Assembly (NCBI GenBank): GCA_963921275.4
Contig: OZ001293.3
Coordinates: forward strand, 6,176,001-6,240,000
Direction of reading: 5' to 3'
DNA: 64,000 nt
From: an uncultured Hormoscilla sp.
GTDB lineage: Bacteria; Cyanobacteriota; Cyanobacteriia; Cyanobacteriales; Desertifilaceae
The notes under the pieces: model-generated
The model's input: only the letters and a program-made list of their open reading frames with translations
What the model was told of the DNA's origin: nothing
Databases searched by the model: none
Position numbers and translations under genes: made by a program
Part shown: in pieces, positions 32,634 to 47,085 of the stretch
Position numbering within the stretch: position 1 is the stretch's first letter
Layout of the letters: every line of letters starts with the position of its first letter

Positions 32634-33557
32634 GTGATTTATTTGCTAATCGTCAATTATTACTCGACCGATTTTATCGCAGGTCTCCTCACCTCGATGT
32701 CCTCAGCAGATAACCAAAATTTACGGGTAATTATTGTCAATAATTCTCCCGAAGATCGGGCGATAGCTCAGCTAGCTGCTGCCAGAACAGATTTAATTTT
32801 GATTACGGCGGAAACTAACTTAGGATTTGGCGCTGGTTGTAACCTAGGAATTAAGTATGTTTATCAAACTAACTCTCAAGCTTTAATCTGGTTGCTGAAT
32901 CCTGATACTACCATAGAACCTGATGCGGTTGCCTACATCATGGACTATTTTCAGCAAAATCCCGATTTAGCAATTTTGGGAACTAGAATTAGAGACGCCC
33001 AGGGTAAAATCTGGTTTAGTGAGGGAAGGTTTAATCCAAGGATTGGATCTTTACCACACCGTTCGCGTATCAATAAGCCCGCGCAGGCGGGCTTATTTCG
33101 AGTAGCCCCACCCTTTAGGGTGGGGGGACCTATCCCTTGTCGGTGGGTGTCGGGATGCAGTATGATTCTCAACTTAGCCAGATTCAACCATTGTCCCAAA
33201 TTTGACCCCCATTATTTTCTTTACTACGAAGATAATGATTTGTGTGAAAGATACTATCAACTAGGATATCAGATTGCGGTCACCCAGGATGTTTTGGTGA
33301 CCCATCTGGTTTCTGCTACCACTCACAAAGATAAAACGGCTAAGTTTCGCCACGCTACCTACAGTAAATTGTACTTCCTCAAGCAGCATGGCACTGTTTT
33401 GGCTTTGGGGCTCAATTTGGTTTATATGCTAGCAAAATTGCTGCTGCTTTTACTGCGCGATCGGGCCTCTGCCCTAGGTCGGTGGCAAGGGTTACAAAAG
33501 TTCATCTTAATCAATTCAAAATTCAAAATTCAAAATTCAAAATTCGGTAACCAATAA
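32634..33557 (+). CDS. Glycosyltransferase family 2
   Basis: NLGFGAGCN, LLNPD, FLYYEDND. Confidence 0.9.
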   Translation: MIYLLIVNYYSTDFIAGLLTSMSSADNQNLRVIIVNNSPEDRAIAQLAAARTDLILITAETNLGFGAGCNLGIKYVYQTNSQALIWLLNPDTTIEPDAVAYIMDYFQQNPDLAILGTRIRDAQGKIWFSEGRFNPRIGSLPHRSRINKPAQAGLFRVAPPFRVGGPIPCRWVSGCSMILNLARFNHCPKFDPHYFLYYEDNDLCERYYQLGYQIAVTQDVLVTHLVSATTHKDKTAKFRHATYSKLYFLKQHGTVLALGLNLVYMLAKLLLLLLRDRASALGRWQGLQKFILINSKFKIQNSKFGNQ

Positions 33558-33613
33558 AAAAGCTCTCAGCTTTTCTATTTATGTAAATTCAATGTACAGC
33601 AGCTTATCGTCTC

Positions 33614-34696
33614 ATGAACAATCATGAATTGCTAATCAATCTTTCAGTGTTAATGAAGCGTCCGACAGGAGTAAGTACCTATGCTATGAATTTGCTACCA
33701 CGGCTAAAACCCCTGTCTCCGACGCTGCTGGTCTCCGAACCCATTCAGACTTATAATAGTTATCAAATACCTGCAGGTTTAACTCCAGAACAAGGGGCGA
33801 TCGGGCATCTAAAGCGTTTAACCTGGACCCAGCTACAGATGGGAATAATATACCATAAACTCAAGGGAAAACTGCTATTTTCTCCGATTCCGGAAGCCCC
33901 ATTATTTGCCAGTTGCCGGTTTGCGGTCATGATCCATGACTTGATTCCGCTACGCTTCCCGGAAAAAAAATCTCTTCTGTGGTATTACTTTCGTTACTAC
34001 GTTCCCCAAGTATTAGCACGATCAACCCAGATTATTTGTAACTCCCAAGCTACGGCTAAAGATCTTACAGATTTTTACCAGATATCTATTGACAAAATTA
34101 CGCCCATCCCGTTAGCATACGATCGGAATAACTTTAAGTTCCTAGACTTGCCAACGGGCAACTACTTTCTGTATGTTGGTCGCAGCACCCCTTACAAAAA
34201 TCTGCAGAGATTAATTGCAGCGTTTGCGGCAATAGAGGAAAAAGATTGCGAACTATGGCTGGCAGGTACGCCCGATCTGCGTTATACTCCAGGATTAAGG
34301 GTGCTTGTAGAAGAACTGGGCTTGACAGATAAAGTGAAATTCCTCGACTATGTTCCCTATAGTAAACTACCAGTGCTGATGAATCGGGCGATCGGCCTAG
34401 TATTCCCGAGCTTGTGGGAAGGGTTTGGCATCCCAGTCCTAGAAGCGATGGCCTGCGGCACCCCGGTAATTACCTCCAACATCTCATCCCTGCCAGAAAT
34501 TACTGGCGATGCTGCTATCCTAGTAGATCCCTATAATGTGGGAGAAATTACCGCTGCCATGGAGACAGTAGTCAGAGATGCAAGAGTGCGTTCGGATCTC
34601 AGCAGGGCCAGTCTGGCCCGGGCCAGTCAATTCAGCTGGACGAAAACCGGACTTGCCACCAGGGAACTGCTGAGTCAGCTAATGTATAATTGCTAA
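33614..34696 (+). CDS. Glycosyltransferase family 4
   Basis: [20 protein letters not shown]. Confidence 0.92.
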   Translation: MNNHELLINLSVLMKRPTGVSTYAMNLLPRLKPLSPTLLVSEPIQTYNSYQIPAGLTPEQGAIGHLKRLTWTQLQMGIIYHKLKGKLLFSPIPEAPLFASCRFAVMIHDLIPLRFPEKKSLLWYYFRYYVPQVLARSTQIICNSQATAKDLTDFYQISIDKITPIPLAYDRNNFKFLDLPTGNYFLYVGRSTPYKNLQRLIAAFAAIEEKDCELWLAGTPDLRYTPGLRVLVEELGLTDKVKFLDYVPYSKLPVLMNRAIGLVFPSLWEGFGIPVLEAMACGTPVITSNISSLPEITGDAAILVDPYNVGEITAAMETVVRDARVRSDLSRASLARASQFSWTKTGLATRELLSQLMYNC

Positions 34697-34767
34697 TTGT
34701 GAATGGCGAATTGCTAATGCAGTCAATTTTACAGTCAATAGGATAAAATGATCGGAAACGAGGTAAC

Positions 34768-35040
34768 ATGCTCAGAGTTTATCTAGACACTAGTATTTAT
34801 AACCGTCCTTTCGATGACCAAAATTAACCAAAAATTGTATTGGAAACCCAAGCTGTTAACTTTATACTAGAATTGGTTTCAACTCAACAAATTTAATTAG
34901 TTAATTCTGCTATTTTAGAGTATGAAAAAAACAAAAATAATTACTCTAGGAATCCGGAAGCGATGAATAAGTACTTACAAATGGCTATAATTGAACAAAA
35001 TATAAATGAAAATATTAGAGAACAAACTATAAACCCCGTT
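34768..35040 (+). pseudogene. PIN-domain toxin remnant
   Basis: MLRVYLDTSIYNRPFDDQN* with internal stops, truncated. Confidence 0.75.
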
Positions 35041-35062
35041 GATTTCATTTTGTAGATTGAAG

Positions 35063-35299
35063 ATGAAAATAAAAGTAATGAGTGACCAGCAGATTCTGGA
35101 AGAAGGATTTAAAGTGTTGATGACCCATTTAGGACCATCGAAAGCTATGCGTTTTGGGGCAGCTTGTAAGTTAGGTGAGGGAGACTATCTCCAACTAAAA
35201 GATAGACTTTTTGGCGAAGAGACAGCAGATAGTCTTTATGAAAAAATTAAAGCCTATCAGAATTCAAAACAGTCCGACGAAAAAAAGGAATTAGGCTAG
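35063..35299 (+). CDS. Small hypothetical protein (probable antitoxin partner)
   Basis: EGFKVLMTHLG...GDY pattern; follows the PIN remnant. Confidence 0.6.
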   Translation: MKIKVMSDQQILEEGFKVLMTHLGPSKAMRFGAACKLGEGDYLQLKDRLFGEETADSLYEKIKAYQNSKQSDEKKELG

Positions 35300-35380
35300 A
35301 ACTAGAACAGAGGGTGAAAAAATAGTGGCAAAAAGGCGAGCGCTATGGTAAAAAGGACAATGAACCATTAGCGATATGCC

Positions 35381-36580
35381 ATGCCATCCCTAAAATATGC
35401 TCTCGTCCATGAATGGTTAACCCCGGCAGCCACTGGCGGATCGGAACTGGTCGTTAAAGAAATCCTCAAGCATATTGATGCTGACCTTTATGCCCTGATC
35501 GACTTTGAATCCACCAATCCTGACAGCTATCTATTCAAGCGTAAAATTGGCACCACGTTTCTGCAACAGTTTCCCCTGGCCCGTAAAGGGGTTCAGAAAT
35601 ATTTGCCCCTTTTACCGATCGCGATCGAACAGCTAGACTTACGGGACTATGATGTAATTCTCTCCTCTTCCCACGCAGTTGCCAAGGGGGTCATCACTCT
35701 TCCCCAGCAGCTGCACATCTGCTACTGTCATACTCCCATGCGCTATGCCTGGGATTTAACCTTCGATTACCTGAACAACAGTGCAGCAGGTAGGGGAATC
35801 CCAGGCATTCTCACCCGATATATACTACACCGACTGCGCCAGTGGGACGTGGTCTCCGCTAATCGAGTTGATTACTTGATCGCCAACTCCCAACATACAG
35901 CCAGGCGAATTTGGCGTTGCTACCGGCGTCAGGCGGAGGTCATTTACCCCCCTGTTAATATAGAAAGATTTCCCTTTCAGGCAGAAAAACAAGATTATTA
36001 TCTCACCGTTTCGCGGCTGGTCAGCTACAAGCAGGTATCTATAATTGTGCAAGCCTTTAATCAACTGGGACGGCCCTTGGCGATAATCGGTACTGGACCG
36101 GAATTAGGACGCCTGCGCCAGCTGGCTAAACCGAACGTGCAGCTGCTGGGGGCCCAACCCGATCGGGTGGTGGAAAAGTACATGGCAAATGCTAAAGCTT
36201 TCGTCTATGCTGCCTGTGAGGACTTTGGCATAGCCCTGGTGGAAGCACAAGCCTCTGGCACGCCAGTTATTGCCTATGGTGGTGGGGGGGCCCTGGAGAC
36301 CGTGCGGGATCTGCGGCAACACCCGGATGGGGCTACGGGTTTATTTTTTGCCGCCCAGACAGGGGCGTCCTTGGTGGAGGCCGTGAAAATATTCGAGCAG
36401 TCCAGGGGCCAGCTGCATCCGGAAATCGCCCGATCACGCGCCGCCCAGTTTGACGCCAAAGCCTTTGAACAAAGCTACCTTGCTTTTGTGGAACGCTGCT
36501 ATCATGACTTTCAATCCCGTCCGAACTCCCGGGGTGCCTTACCCCCTGACCCCCCGATCTTGCCGACCGATGGTGATTAG
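35381..36580 (+). CDS. Glycosyltransferase family 4
   Basis: HEWL..GGSE, EDFGIALVEAQASG. Confidence 0.92.
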   Translation: MPSLKYALVHEWLTPAATGGSELVVKEILKHIDADLYALIDFESTNPDSYLFKRKIGTTFLQQFPLARKGVQKYLPLLPIAIEQLDLRDYDVILSSSHAVAKGVITLPQQLHICYCHTPMRYAWDLTFDYLNNSAAGRGIPGILTRYILHRLRQWDVVSANRVDYLIANSQHTARRIWRCYRRQAEVIYPPVNIERFPFQAEKQDYYLTVSRLVSYKQVSIIVQAFNQLGRPLAIIGTGPELGRLRQLAKPNVQLLGAQPDRVVEKYMANAKAFVYAACEDFGIALVEAQASGTPVIAYGGGGALETVRDLRQHPDGATGLFFAAQTGASLVEAVKIFEQSRGQLHPEIARSRAAQFDAKAFEQSYLAFVERCYHDFQSRPNSRGALPPDPPILPTDGD

Positions 36581-36633
36581 GGGTAACTAGCTTTATGATG
36601 AGGACTGTGTGTGGTGTGAAATAGAGGAGTAAG

Positions 36634-37359
36634 ATGACTGCCCAAAGTCAACTGATCTCCGGCAAGACTGTACGGATGTCCGTGAAGCGCCGCTTCCGCA
36701 AGCTGGCGCTTCCAGCTAGACAGCAACATCTGTCCGGTCTCAACGGAGATTTTTTCAAGCGCCTGTTCGATGTCCTGTTTTCACTGTCGGTTTTGATTGT
36801 TTTTTCCCCCCTGTACCTGCTTTTGGGTCTGCTGATTGCCCTCAGTTCCCCAGGCTCAATTCTTTATGTTCAGGAACGGGTGGGGAAAAACCACAAAAAG
36901 TTTCGCTGTCTGAAGTTTAGGACAATGGTGAAAAATGCCGACAAAATGTTAGTGGAAATGATGTCAAATAATCCGCATATTAGTCAAGAATTTGAGGATT
37001 ATTTCAAACTTAAATATGACCCGAGAATTACTAAAATTGGCAGATTTTTGCGGCTGACAAGTCTAGACGAATTTCCCCAATTTTGGAATGTGTTGATGGG
37101 AGATATGAGTGTGGTGGGTCCGCGACCTTTAGTGGTACAAGAACTGCCAAAATACGGTAAGCATATCGACAAGGTTCTGACTATCCGCCCGGGAATTACT
37201 GGGTTATGGCAGGTGTCAGGGCGCAATGACCTCCCTTATCCCCGGAGAATTCAGATCGACATTTACTATGTGAATTTCAAAAATTTATGGATGGATCTGT
37301 GGATAATCGTGAAGACGATCGGGGTTGTCATTTTTCCTAAGAATAACGGTGCCTACTAA
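36634..37359 (+). CDS. Priming sugar transferase (WbaP/HepC-like)
   Basis: KRLFD, KFRTM, SLDEFPQ, GDMSVVGPRP. Confidence 0.92.
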   Translation: MTAQSQLISGKTVRMSVKRRFRKLALPARQQHLSGLNGDFFKRLFDVLFSLSVLIVFSPLYLLLGLLIALSSPGSILYVQERVGKNHKKFRCLKFRTMVKNADKMLVEMMSNNPHISQEFEDYFKLKYDPRITKIGRFLRLTSLDEFPQFWNVLMGDMSVVGPRPLVVQELPKYGKHIDKVLTIRPGITGLWQVSGRNDLPYPRRIQIDIYYVNFKNLWMDLWIIVKTIGVVIFPKNNGAY

Positions 37360-37666
37360 GACCAGATCGCATCGGTGTTTATAGCACGAAGCGATTTATG
37401 AATAAGAAACCCGACACGAGAGTAGTTGCCGGGTTTCTGGGTTATACCATCGGTATTTATAGCACCAAGGAGGCGATCTGAGATCTCATACAGCTAAAGG
37501 CGATCGATACGATCCAAGATACCGTTCGGGAAATTTTAGGTTAAGGTAGAGAAGTATTGTCGGGACTGTGGCATTAGCAGGCCGACTATCGGCACTTGTT
37601 AATGCCACAACTCCCTGACAGAAATGACAACAGTTACTCTCACGAATTGCAAGAAGGACATCGAGT

Positions 37667-38698
37667 ATGACGCAAGGCAAGCGGGCATTAATCACCGGCA
37701 TTACTGGTCAAGACGGCTCTTACCTGAGTGAGTTTTTGCTGGAGAAGGGCTATGAGGTTCACGGTATTATCCGACGGTCTTCAAGTTTTAATACCGATCG
37801 GATCGACCATATATATGTGGATCCCCACAGTCAGGATGCAAGGTTGTTTCTGCATTACGGCGACTTAACCTATGGCACCACCCTGCGCCGGGTATTGGAG
37901 GAAGTTCAACCAGCAGAGGTTTACAACTTGGGGGCTCAATCCCACGTGCGGGTGAGTTTTGACTCCCCGGAATACACGGTTGATACTGTGGCGATGGGGA
38001 CATTGCGCCTGTTGGAAGCGATCCAAAACTACCAGCAGCGTACTAGTATTGAGGTGCGGTTCTATCAGGCGGGTTCTTCGGAAATGTTCGGCAAGGTACA
38101 GGAAGTACCCCAGAAGGAGACGACTCCTTTTTATCCCCGCAGTCCCTATTCCTGTGCTAAGGTTTACGCCCACTGGCAGACGATAAACCATCGGGAATCT
38201 TACAAGCTATTTGCCTGTAATGGCATATTATTTAATCATGAATCGCCGCGCCGGGGGGAGACCTTTGTGACGCGCAAGATTACTCGGGCTGTGGCCCGAA
38301 TTGTGGCTGGCAAGCAGAAAAAACTCTACCTTGGGAATCTGGATGCGAAGCGGGACTGGGGCTATGCTAAGGACTATGTGCGGGCGATGTGGATGATGCT
38401 TCAGCAAGACCAGCCGGATGATTACGTGATCGCTACTAATGAAACTCACTCGATCCGCGAGTTTCTCGACCTGGCATTCAACTATGTCAACTTAAAATGG
38501 CAGGATTACGTGGAGTTCGATCCGCGCTATCTGCGCCCAGCGGAGGTGGATCTGTTAATTGGCGACTCGACTAAGGCGCGGCAAAAGTTAGGTTGGCAAC
38601 CCTCTGTCACTTTTAAGGAGTTGGTAGAGTTAATGGTAGATGCTGATATCAAAACCCTGGAACGGCAGGTGAGAATTTCGGGCAACGGGTTTGATTAG
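37667..38698 (+). CDS. gmd: GDP-mannose 4,6-dehydratase
   Basis: [18 protein letters not shown]. Confidence 0.97.
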   Translation: MTQGKRALITGITGQDGSYLSEFLLEKGYEVHGIIRRSSSFNTDRIDHIYVDPHSQDARLFLHYGDLTYGTTLRRVLEEVQPAEVYNLGAQSHVRVSFDSPEYTVDTVAMGTLRLLEAIQNYQQRTSIEVRFYQAGSSEMFGKVQEVPQKETTPFYPRSPYSCAKVYAHWQTINHRESYKLFACNGILFNHESPRRGETFVTRKITRAVARIVAGKQKKLYLGNLDAKRDWGYAKDYVRAMWMMLQQDQPDDYVIATNETHSIREFLDLAFNYVNLKWQDYVEFDPRYLRPAEVDLLIGDSTKARQKLGWQPSVTFKELVELMVDADIKTLERQVRISGNGFD

Positions 38699-38721
38699 TT
38701 GATGTTTCGGGGAGGATAACA

Positions 38722-39666
38722 ATGAAGGATTTAGATTTAACAGACAAACGGATTTTGGTGACGGGTGGGGCGGGTTTCCTGGGGCGTCAGGTGGTAGACC
38801 AATTGGCTAAGGCGGGGGCGAATCTCCAGAAGATTACTATACCCCGATCGCGGGACTATGACATGCGGGAGATGGATGCCTGCCAGCAAGTGGTGCAAAA
38901 TCAGGATATTATCATTCATCTGGCAGCCCATGTGGGTGGCATTGGTCTGAACCGAGAAAAACCAGCAAAGTTATTTTACGACAATCTGATGATGGGCACC
39001 CAGCTAATTCATGCTGCCTATCAAGCAGGGGTAGAAAAATTCGTCTGTGTGGGCACTATCTGCGCCTATCCCAAATTCACCCCCGTACCTTTCAAGGAAG
39101 ATGACCTCTGGAATGGCTATCCGGAGGAGACCAATGCCCCCTATGGCATTGCTAAGAAAGCCTTATTAATTCAACTCCAGTCTTATCGGCAACAGTACGG
39201 TTTCAATGGCATTTTCCTGTTGCCTGTAAATTTGTACGGTCCGGAGGATAACTTTGACCCCAGGAGTTCCCACGTTATTCCGGCTTTAATTCGCAAAGTT
39301 TACGAGGCCCAGCAACGGGGAGAGAAGACATTGCCAGTCTGGGGTGATGGCAGTCCCAGTCGCGAGTTTCTCTACTCGACTGATGCGGCCCGGGGGATTG
39401 TAATGGCGACTCAGAAATACAATGACCCCGATCCTGTTAACCTGGGAACCCATTATGAAATTACGATTCGCGATTTGGTAGAATTGATTTGCGAATTGAT
39501 GGAATTTGATGGGGAACTTGTCTGGGAAACGGATAAGCCCAATGGTCAGCCCAGGCGGTGTTTGGATACGGAACGGGCGAAAGAGAAGTTTGGCTTTACT
39601 GCCCAGATGGAGTTTAAGCAAGGGCTGAAAAATACGATCGACTGGTATCGACAGCATCCTGAGTAG
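38722..39666 (+). CDS. fcl: GDP-L-fucose synthase
   Basis: [21 protein letters not shown]; follows gmd. Confidence 0.95.
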   Translation: MKDLDLTDKRILVTGGAGFLGRQVVDQLAKAGANLQKITIPRSRDYDMREMDACQQVVQNQDIIIHLAAHVGGIGLNREKPAKLFYDNLMMGTQLIHAAYQAGVEKFVCVGTICAYPKFTPVPFKEDDLWNGYPEETNAPYGIAKKALLIQLQSYRQQYGFNGIFLLPVNLYGPEDNFDPRSSHVIPALIRKVYEAQQRGEKTLPVWGDGSPSREFLYSTDAARGIVMATQKYNDPDPVNLGTHYEITIRDLVELICELMEFDGELVWETDKPNGQPRRCLDTERAKEKFGFTAQMEFKQGLKNTIDWYRQHPE

Positions 39667-39771
39667 TCAGCCGGGGATTCAAGAAACCCGGTTTTTCCAA
39701 AAAAAAAACCGGGTTTCTCGGCTACCGATGAATATCCCCGCCGCAAGAGAAAATTTTTAAGTTGTCAGCCC

Positions 39772-40029
39772 ATGGAAATCACTACAGTATCTCAACAAGG
39801 ACACGTAATAATTCCTCAAGCAATGCAGAAAGATTACGGCTGGGAAGCGGATCGAGAATTAATATTGATCGACACAGGCGAGGGGATTCTTATTAAGCCG
39901 AAAAATACTTTTCCGCAAACAACTTTAAGTGAGGTAGCGGGTTGTTTAAAATATGAATGTCCACCCAAAAGCATAGAAGATATGAACGATGCCATTGGTC
40001 AAGGAATAAAGGAGCAATGGCATGAGTAA
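39772..40029 (+). CDS. AbrB/MazE-type antitoxin; toxin partner decayed
   Basis: TTVSQQGHVIIP; followed by an MVVVDINIVV* PIN-like stub. Confidence 0.8.
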   Translation: MEITTVSQQGHVIIPQAMQKDYGWEADRELILIDTGEGILIKPKNTFPQTTLSEVAGCLKYECPPKSIEDMNDAIGQGIKEQWHE

Positions 40030-40296
40030 AAGGATGGTCGTAGTTGATATTAATATTGTAGTCAGCCCTTGAGTTGTGGAAGCAGAGGAGATAGAACAAT
40101 GTTAGCCGAAAATCCCAGATTTAATCAATTGATGGATGCGGCTAAACAACGCATCCAAGCAACAGGCGGAGTTAATCATGATGAGTTCTGGAAGCTAGTA
40201 TAAAAGTCAGATCAGAATAAAATAAAAGCCCGATCGAGCCGTTCGTAGTAAGCACGAAGAGTGCTTCCCAGGCGCGAAAGCGCCTAGGGACTGGTG

Positions 40297-40857
40297 TTAG
40301 CCGCCCATTTTTAACCAGCCAAACACTTGAGCGACTGTGAGTTGCAATTCAATTTCTGGTAACATGGGTAATGGATCGTTTCCGTGAAGGAGTACGGGTT
40401 GTTGTTGGGGATAAAATACCAAAATACTCAGGTCGTCCGGATCTACGAACCAGCCTAATTTACAGCCTGCTTCCAGACAGTAGAGAATGTTGCCAATGAC
40501 TTTATTAGATTGCTGTTCGGGGGAGAGGATTTCGATCGCCCAGTCTGGCCGTAGATCGAAGCGATCGGGGACTTGGCCTTCGACAAAGGGGATCCGATCC
40601 CACAGAAAGATGGCGATATCGGGTAGGATGGAGCGATCGTCAAAACTGCACCGTAGTTCGGGGAAAGCGTAGGCGATTCTTGGTTCTTCGGTAATTTGAT
40701 TGATGACAGCACAAAGCTTGCCTTGCAAACGGCTGTGTCTCCCTTTGGGCATTGGCTTTTGACGAATCTCGCCTTTTATGAATTCAGAAGCAGGTTTTGT
40801 CTCTGGGAGTTTCAAAAACGCTGCTAATGTCAGCGGTGGCGTAGCGGTCTGAATCAT
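40297..40857 (-). CDS. Uma2 family endonuclease
   Basis: ETKPASE, PELRC, PDWAIEILSP. Confidence 0.92.
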   Translation of the reverse strand: MIQTATPPLTLAAFLKLPETKPASEFIKGEIRQKPMPKGRHSRLQGKLCAVINQITEEPRIAYAFPELRCSFDDRSILPDIAIFLWDRIPFVEGQVPDRFDLRPDWAIEILSPEQQSNKVIGNILYCLEAGCKLGWFVDPDDLSILVFYPQQQPVLLHGNDPLPMLPEIELQLTVAQVFGWLKMGG

Positions 40858-41177
40858 TATCCTAAGTCTAATCTAGATCGCCGGTAATCAGTGGATGACT
40901 GTCTTCCCGCTACCTTTATTATAGCCACGATCCCGATTGCTCGATGTAAAGAAATAATACAATTTTAGATCGATATGGCGATCTGGTTACAAAAATTAAC
41001 ATTTAGTAGGGTGGGCACCGCCCACCATCAGGGTACATTATACTCTAAATTAGGGACAGAGGGCTAGAGGCGGTAGGGATCCGCCGGTCCCAGGGGAAGG
41101 AGGGAAAACTTATGAGGAGAAAAGAGCGATCGCATTAATTGTCAAGACCTTGAAGTAGCTTTGTATTGAGGAGTAAG

Positions 41178-41494
41178 ATGAAAGATAGGTTAACAGTAAT
41201 TATCGCCCAGCTCCGCCAAGCCCTTGAAAGGATGTATGGAGAACAATTAGTTAAAATAGTGCTGTTTGGATCTCAAGGGAGAGGCGATGCTAGACATGAC
41301 TCGGATATTGATATCTTAATTGTTCTCAACCAGCCATTTAATTATGGAGATGAAAATGAACGAATTAGCTTTCCAGTTGCAGAAATTTGTCTAGAGTATA
41401 ATGTTCTAATTAGTTGTGTCTTGGCCACACTGGAGCAATTACAGCATAATAATGGTGGATTTTTCAGAAATGTTCGCAGAGAAGGAATAGCAGT

Positions 41495-41498
<4 letters not shown>
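41178..41498 (+). CDS. Minimal nucleotidyltransferase (MNT)
   Basis: LFGSQGRGD...SDIDIL. Confidence 0.9.
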
Positions 41499-42719
<1,221 letters not shown>

Positions 42720-42750
42720 GTATAATCCAGAACTCACCTAGATTAGTGTA

Positions 42751-43585
<835 letters not shown>

Positions 43586-43632
43586 ATATAAGTCGGTAAG
43601 ATAGCTGTAGCCTGTAACAGAAGAGATCCATA

Positions 43633-44196
43633 ATGGAAAAAGCAAAGTTAAGACGAAATATCCTAAAAACACGCAAGGATATGTCAGTTGAAGTCTGGGG
43701 AGAAAAGAGCGATCGCATCTGTAGCCACCTGCAATCTTCACCTTTGTTTGCAGAAGCGAGGACGATGCTAGCTTACTTCAGCTTTCGCCAAGAACCGGAC
43801 CTAAGTCCCCTGTTTACAAATGACCGCAGTTGGGGATTTCCTAGATGTGTTGGGAAATCTCTTTCCTGGCACGCCTGGAAGCCCGGAGAACCCCTGGAAA
43901 AAAATATTTACGGCATTTTTGAACCCTCGGCTGATTCCCCCACCCTACAGCCCAATGCGGTAGATTTAATCCTCGTACCCGCGCTCGCCTGTGACGAACG
44001 CGGGTATCGCTTGGGTTATGGCGGCGGTTTTTACGATCGCTTCCTGAGTGCGGACTCGGAATGGTCATCTCATCGGACGATCGGCATTATCTTCGAGCAA
44101 GCCTTTTTCCCACTGTTACCTACAGAAGCATGGGACCGCCCCTTACAAGCTGTTTGTACGGAAAAGGGTTTGAGGCAAATCATCTTGGATGCTTGA
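43633..44196 (+). CDS. ygfA: 5-formyltetrahydrofolate cyclo-ligase
   Basis: K..LR N-terminus, GYRLGYGGGFYDR. Confidence 0.93.
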   Translation: MEKAKLRRNILKTRKDMSVEVWGEKSDRICSHLQSSPLFAEARTMLAYFSFRQEPDLSPLFTNDRSWGFPRCVGKSLSWHAWKPGEPLEKNIYGIFEPSADSPTLQPNAVDLILVPALACDERGYRLGYGGGFYDRFLSADSEWSSHRTIGIIFEQAFFPLLPTEAWDRPLQAVCTEKGLRQIILDA

Positions 44197-44199
44197 TTT

Positions 44200-44541
44200 G
44201 ACAACAAGAGGCAGAGCCTATAGAATAGCATTACCAGGGAGACCCTGGTAACGAGGGAAAAGTACAAGCAGGTATTGCCTGGTAACGAGAAAAGCTCCCA
44301 TGCTCTCGTTCCCTGGCTCCGCCAGGGAACGATCTCCAGAGGCTCCGCCTCCAGAAGATTGAACTCGGTACAAGATGTCTATTTCAACTATATAGCACCA
44401 GTTGTAACAAGAAGCAGAGCCTATAGAATAGCATTACCAGGGAGACCCTGGTAACGAGGGATTGGTGAGATTGTAAATTGATTTGACAAGAAGAGGCAGA
44501 GCCTATAGAATAGCATTACCAGGGAGACCCTGGTAACGAGA
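44200..44541. repeat. Three copies of a ~50-bp palindromic dispersed repeat; relatives near 54140-54200 and 55478-55665
   Basis: GCAGAGCCTATAGAATAGCATTACCAGGGAGACCCTGGTAACGAG. Confidence 0.85.
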
Positions 44542-44705
44542 GAAAAAATGCTATAATAGATAGACAATGTTTGTAGTCGGTTTTAACCGACTTTACCTAT
44601 GACGCAGGGGTTTGAACCCTCGGTATATCGTGGGTAGTGCGAATAGCGCTCCCACGATATACCGAAGGCGGGCTACCGGGAAAGCAAGGACAAGCAGGTA
44701 TTGAC

Positions 44706-46141
44706 ATGATAGATTTCAACGAGGTCCGGGCGGAGTTCCAGAGAATTTGGGGTTATGCCGATTTTCGCCCGCCGCAAGGGGAAATTATTAGCAGTATCTT
44801 GGCACAACGGGATGCTTTGATCGTGATGCCAACCGGTGGGGGAAAGTCGATTTGCTTCCAACTCCCAGCTTTGCTACAATATGGAGTGACTCTGGTGGTT
44901 TCTCCCCTGGTGGCCCTGATGGAAAATCAGGTGCAGGAATTACGCCAGCTACATCTGCATGCGGCTTTAATTCATAGTGAGTTGTCCAGCAGAGACAAGA
45001 AACAAACCCTGCAAGCATTAGAAAAACAACAGTTGCGGTTACTTTACCTTTCCCCAGAAACATTGTTGAGTATCCCAGTTTGGGAACGGTTGTCTCAACC
45101 CCAGTTGAAAATTAATGGCTTGATTCTGGATGAAGCTCATTGTCTGGTACAGTGGGGGGAAACTTTTCGTCCCGCTTATCGCCGGTTGGGGGCTGTCCGT
45201 CCCGCTTTGTTAAAGTCGAAACCGCCGGGGACGAAACTCCCGATCGCGGCTTTCACGGCGACGGCGGATCCGGACGCACAGCAGATTATTCGCGAAGTAT
45301 TACAGCTGCGATCGCCCCAACCTTTCTTACTCAACCCTATCGTGCTAACTTAAACTTAAAGGTGCAAATTGTCTGGACTCCCCGGGGACGCCGCCAACAG
45401 TTGTTAAAGTATATCCAAGCTAGACGCAAACAATCTGGTTTAGTCTATGTGAGAACTAGGCGAGACAGCGAGGAACTGGCTGGATGGCTGGGGGAAAGTC
45501 GCTTCCAGACCGCTGCTTACCACGCGGGGTTGAGTCCCGACGAACGCCGTGCCATTGAAAATGCTTGGCAGAGTGGTAAGATTCAGTTTGTTGTCTGTAC
45601 TTGCGCCTTTGGGATGGGGATAAATAAGCCCGATGTCCGCTGAGTGATTCATTTCCACTCGCCTCTGCTATTATCAGAATATGTGCAAGAAGTGGGACGT
45701 GGTGGCAGAGATGGTAAACCGGCTGAAGCCCTCACCCTGATTAGCGAACCTACTGGATGGTTGGACCCAGCAGATAAGCAACGACGGCAGTTTTTTACCG
45801 ATAGAATGCGCCAGCAATATCAAAAGGCTCAGCAATTGGCGAAAAATCTCCCCGTTAAGGGCGATGTCAACTCTGTGAAAGCTGAATTTAAGGATGGCCC
45901 GATCGCCCTTTCCCTTCTCCACAGCAGCGGACAGCTCACATGGCTCGACCCCTTTCACTATAGCATCGATCGCTCGGTAAAAGCACAGCCATCCGACCAA
46001 TCCCGAGCCGTCCAGCTAATGTCACGGTATCTGACAACCCGTGATTGTCGCTGGAAGTTTTTATTAACCGCCTTCGGCTTTACTCCCGCTGCTAATTATC
46101 GCTGCGGTCACTGCGATAACTGTACCAAAACCAAATCTTAA
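44706..46141 (+). pseudogene. recQ: RecQ-family helicase with a frameshift (~45340) and TGA at 45641-45643
   Basis: MPTGGGKS, DEAHC, FGMGINKPDVR*VIHF, QEVGRGGRDG, CGHCDNC. Confidence 0.88.
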
Positions 46142-46222
46142 CCTCCAGCAAACCTAGAAATAACCCGTTCTTTAGCTGTCAGAGATAAAATAGTAGCCGA
46201 GTTTTAAACCCGGGTAAGTGCT

Positions 46223-46510
46223 ATGGTCTATTCTTTGGCGTCAGAGGCAGTTGACGAAGGAGATTTACGTCAGCTACTGGAAGAAATATATCAAGAACGC
46301 AGTCTCAGCTTTTTCTGTAGCGGTCAAAATATTCCCATGGGCGATCGGGATATCTGGGTGGTCTATCGGGGTGTGGTGCAATTGAATATTCTCTATCTCA
46401 GTGGGGAAGAGGGTTTGCTGGGTTTGGCCGCTGATTATATGCCCTTTGGTCTGCCTCTGACCGCGATCAATGCTTACTACGCAACTACCCTATCAGATAA
46501 CGTCATATAA
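46223..46510 (+). pseudogene. Truncated Crp/Fnr-family regulator
   Basis: cNMP-like segment VVYRGVVQL...GEEGLLGL; no HTH. Confidence 0.6.
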
Positions 46511-46619
46511 TTATTCAGTCTAAGTAGCGTGAGGGCGAGGAAAGACTAAAGTCTTTACTACGAACGGGGGATACGAACGGGGGATAGAAACGGGGGATAG
46601 AAACTTTTCCCGTTCTACT

Positions 46620-47085
46620 CTACCTGCCTAATTTCCAATCTTCCCCATCTGGCAGTTTACTCACTTTCTCCATGATTATACCGCGTATTGTTTGCCTTGA
46701 ATGTTCGTAAGTCAAATTTAGCAGTTGAGTCGCGGCCTGCACTACTGCTGTCTTATCTACCATCTCTTCGAGTTGAAATGGCGTCACTCGCCCATCCAAA
46801 ACTTCCTCACTCGCTATGGCAATTGCATCAAGAAAAGCCATTTCCATGTAGTCATCCCATTCATTTTGCTTAATATAGTAAGAGGTTTTATCCTCTTTCA
46901 GATTTAGACCTTGGATCTTCAGCACCGAATCTCCGATCGAAGCATACCATAAATTATTCATCCTTTCGGAAATTTTGTTTTTAATTAAAAGCACAAGCAT
47001 TCTGACGAGGAAACTCTCGATATTCTGCAAAATGGCTTTCTTACTCATCCCTTCCAGTTCGTCTACTAACATTAATGCCTCATTA
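46620..47085 (-). pseudogene. DUF29-family protein, 5'-truncated
   Basis: Paralog of 52900-53406; lacks the N-terminal helix. Confidence 0.7.

Noticed and set aside
44200..44541. Three ~50-bp repeats as a CRISPR array
   Set aside because: Irregular spacing, intervening DNA contains related repeats, no cas genes
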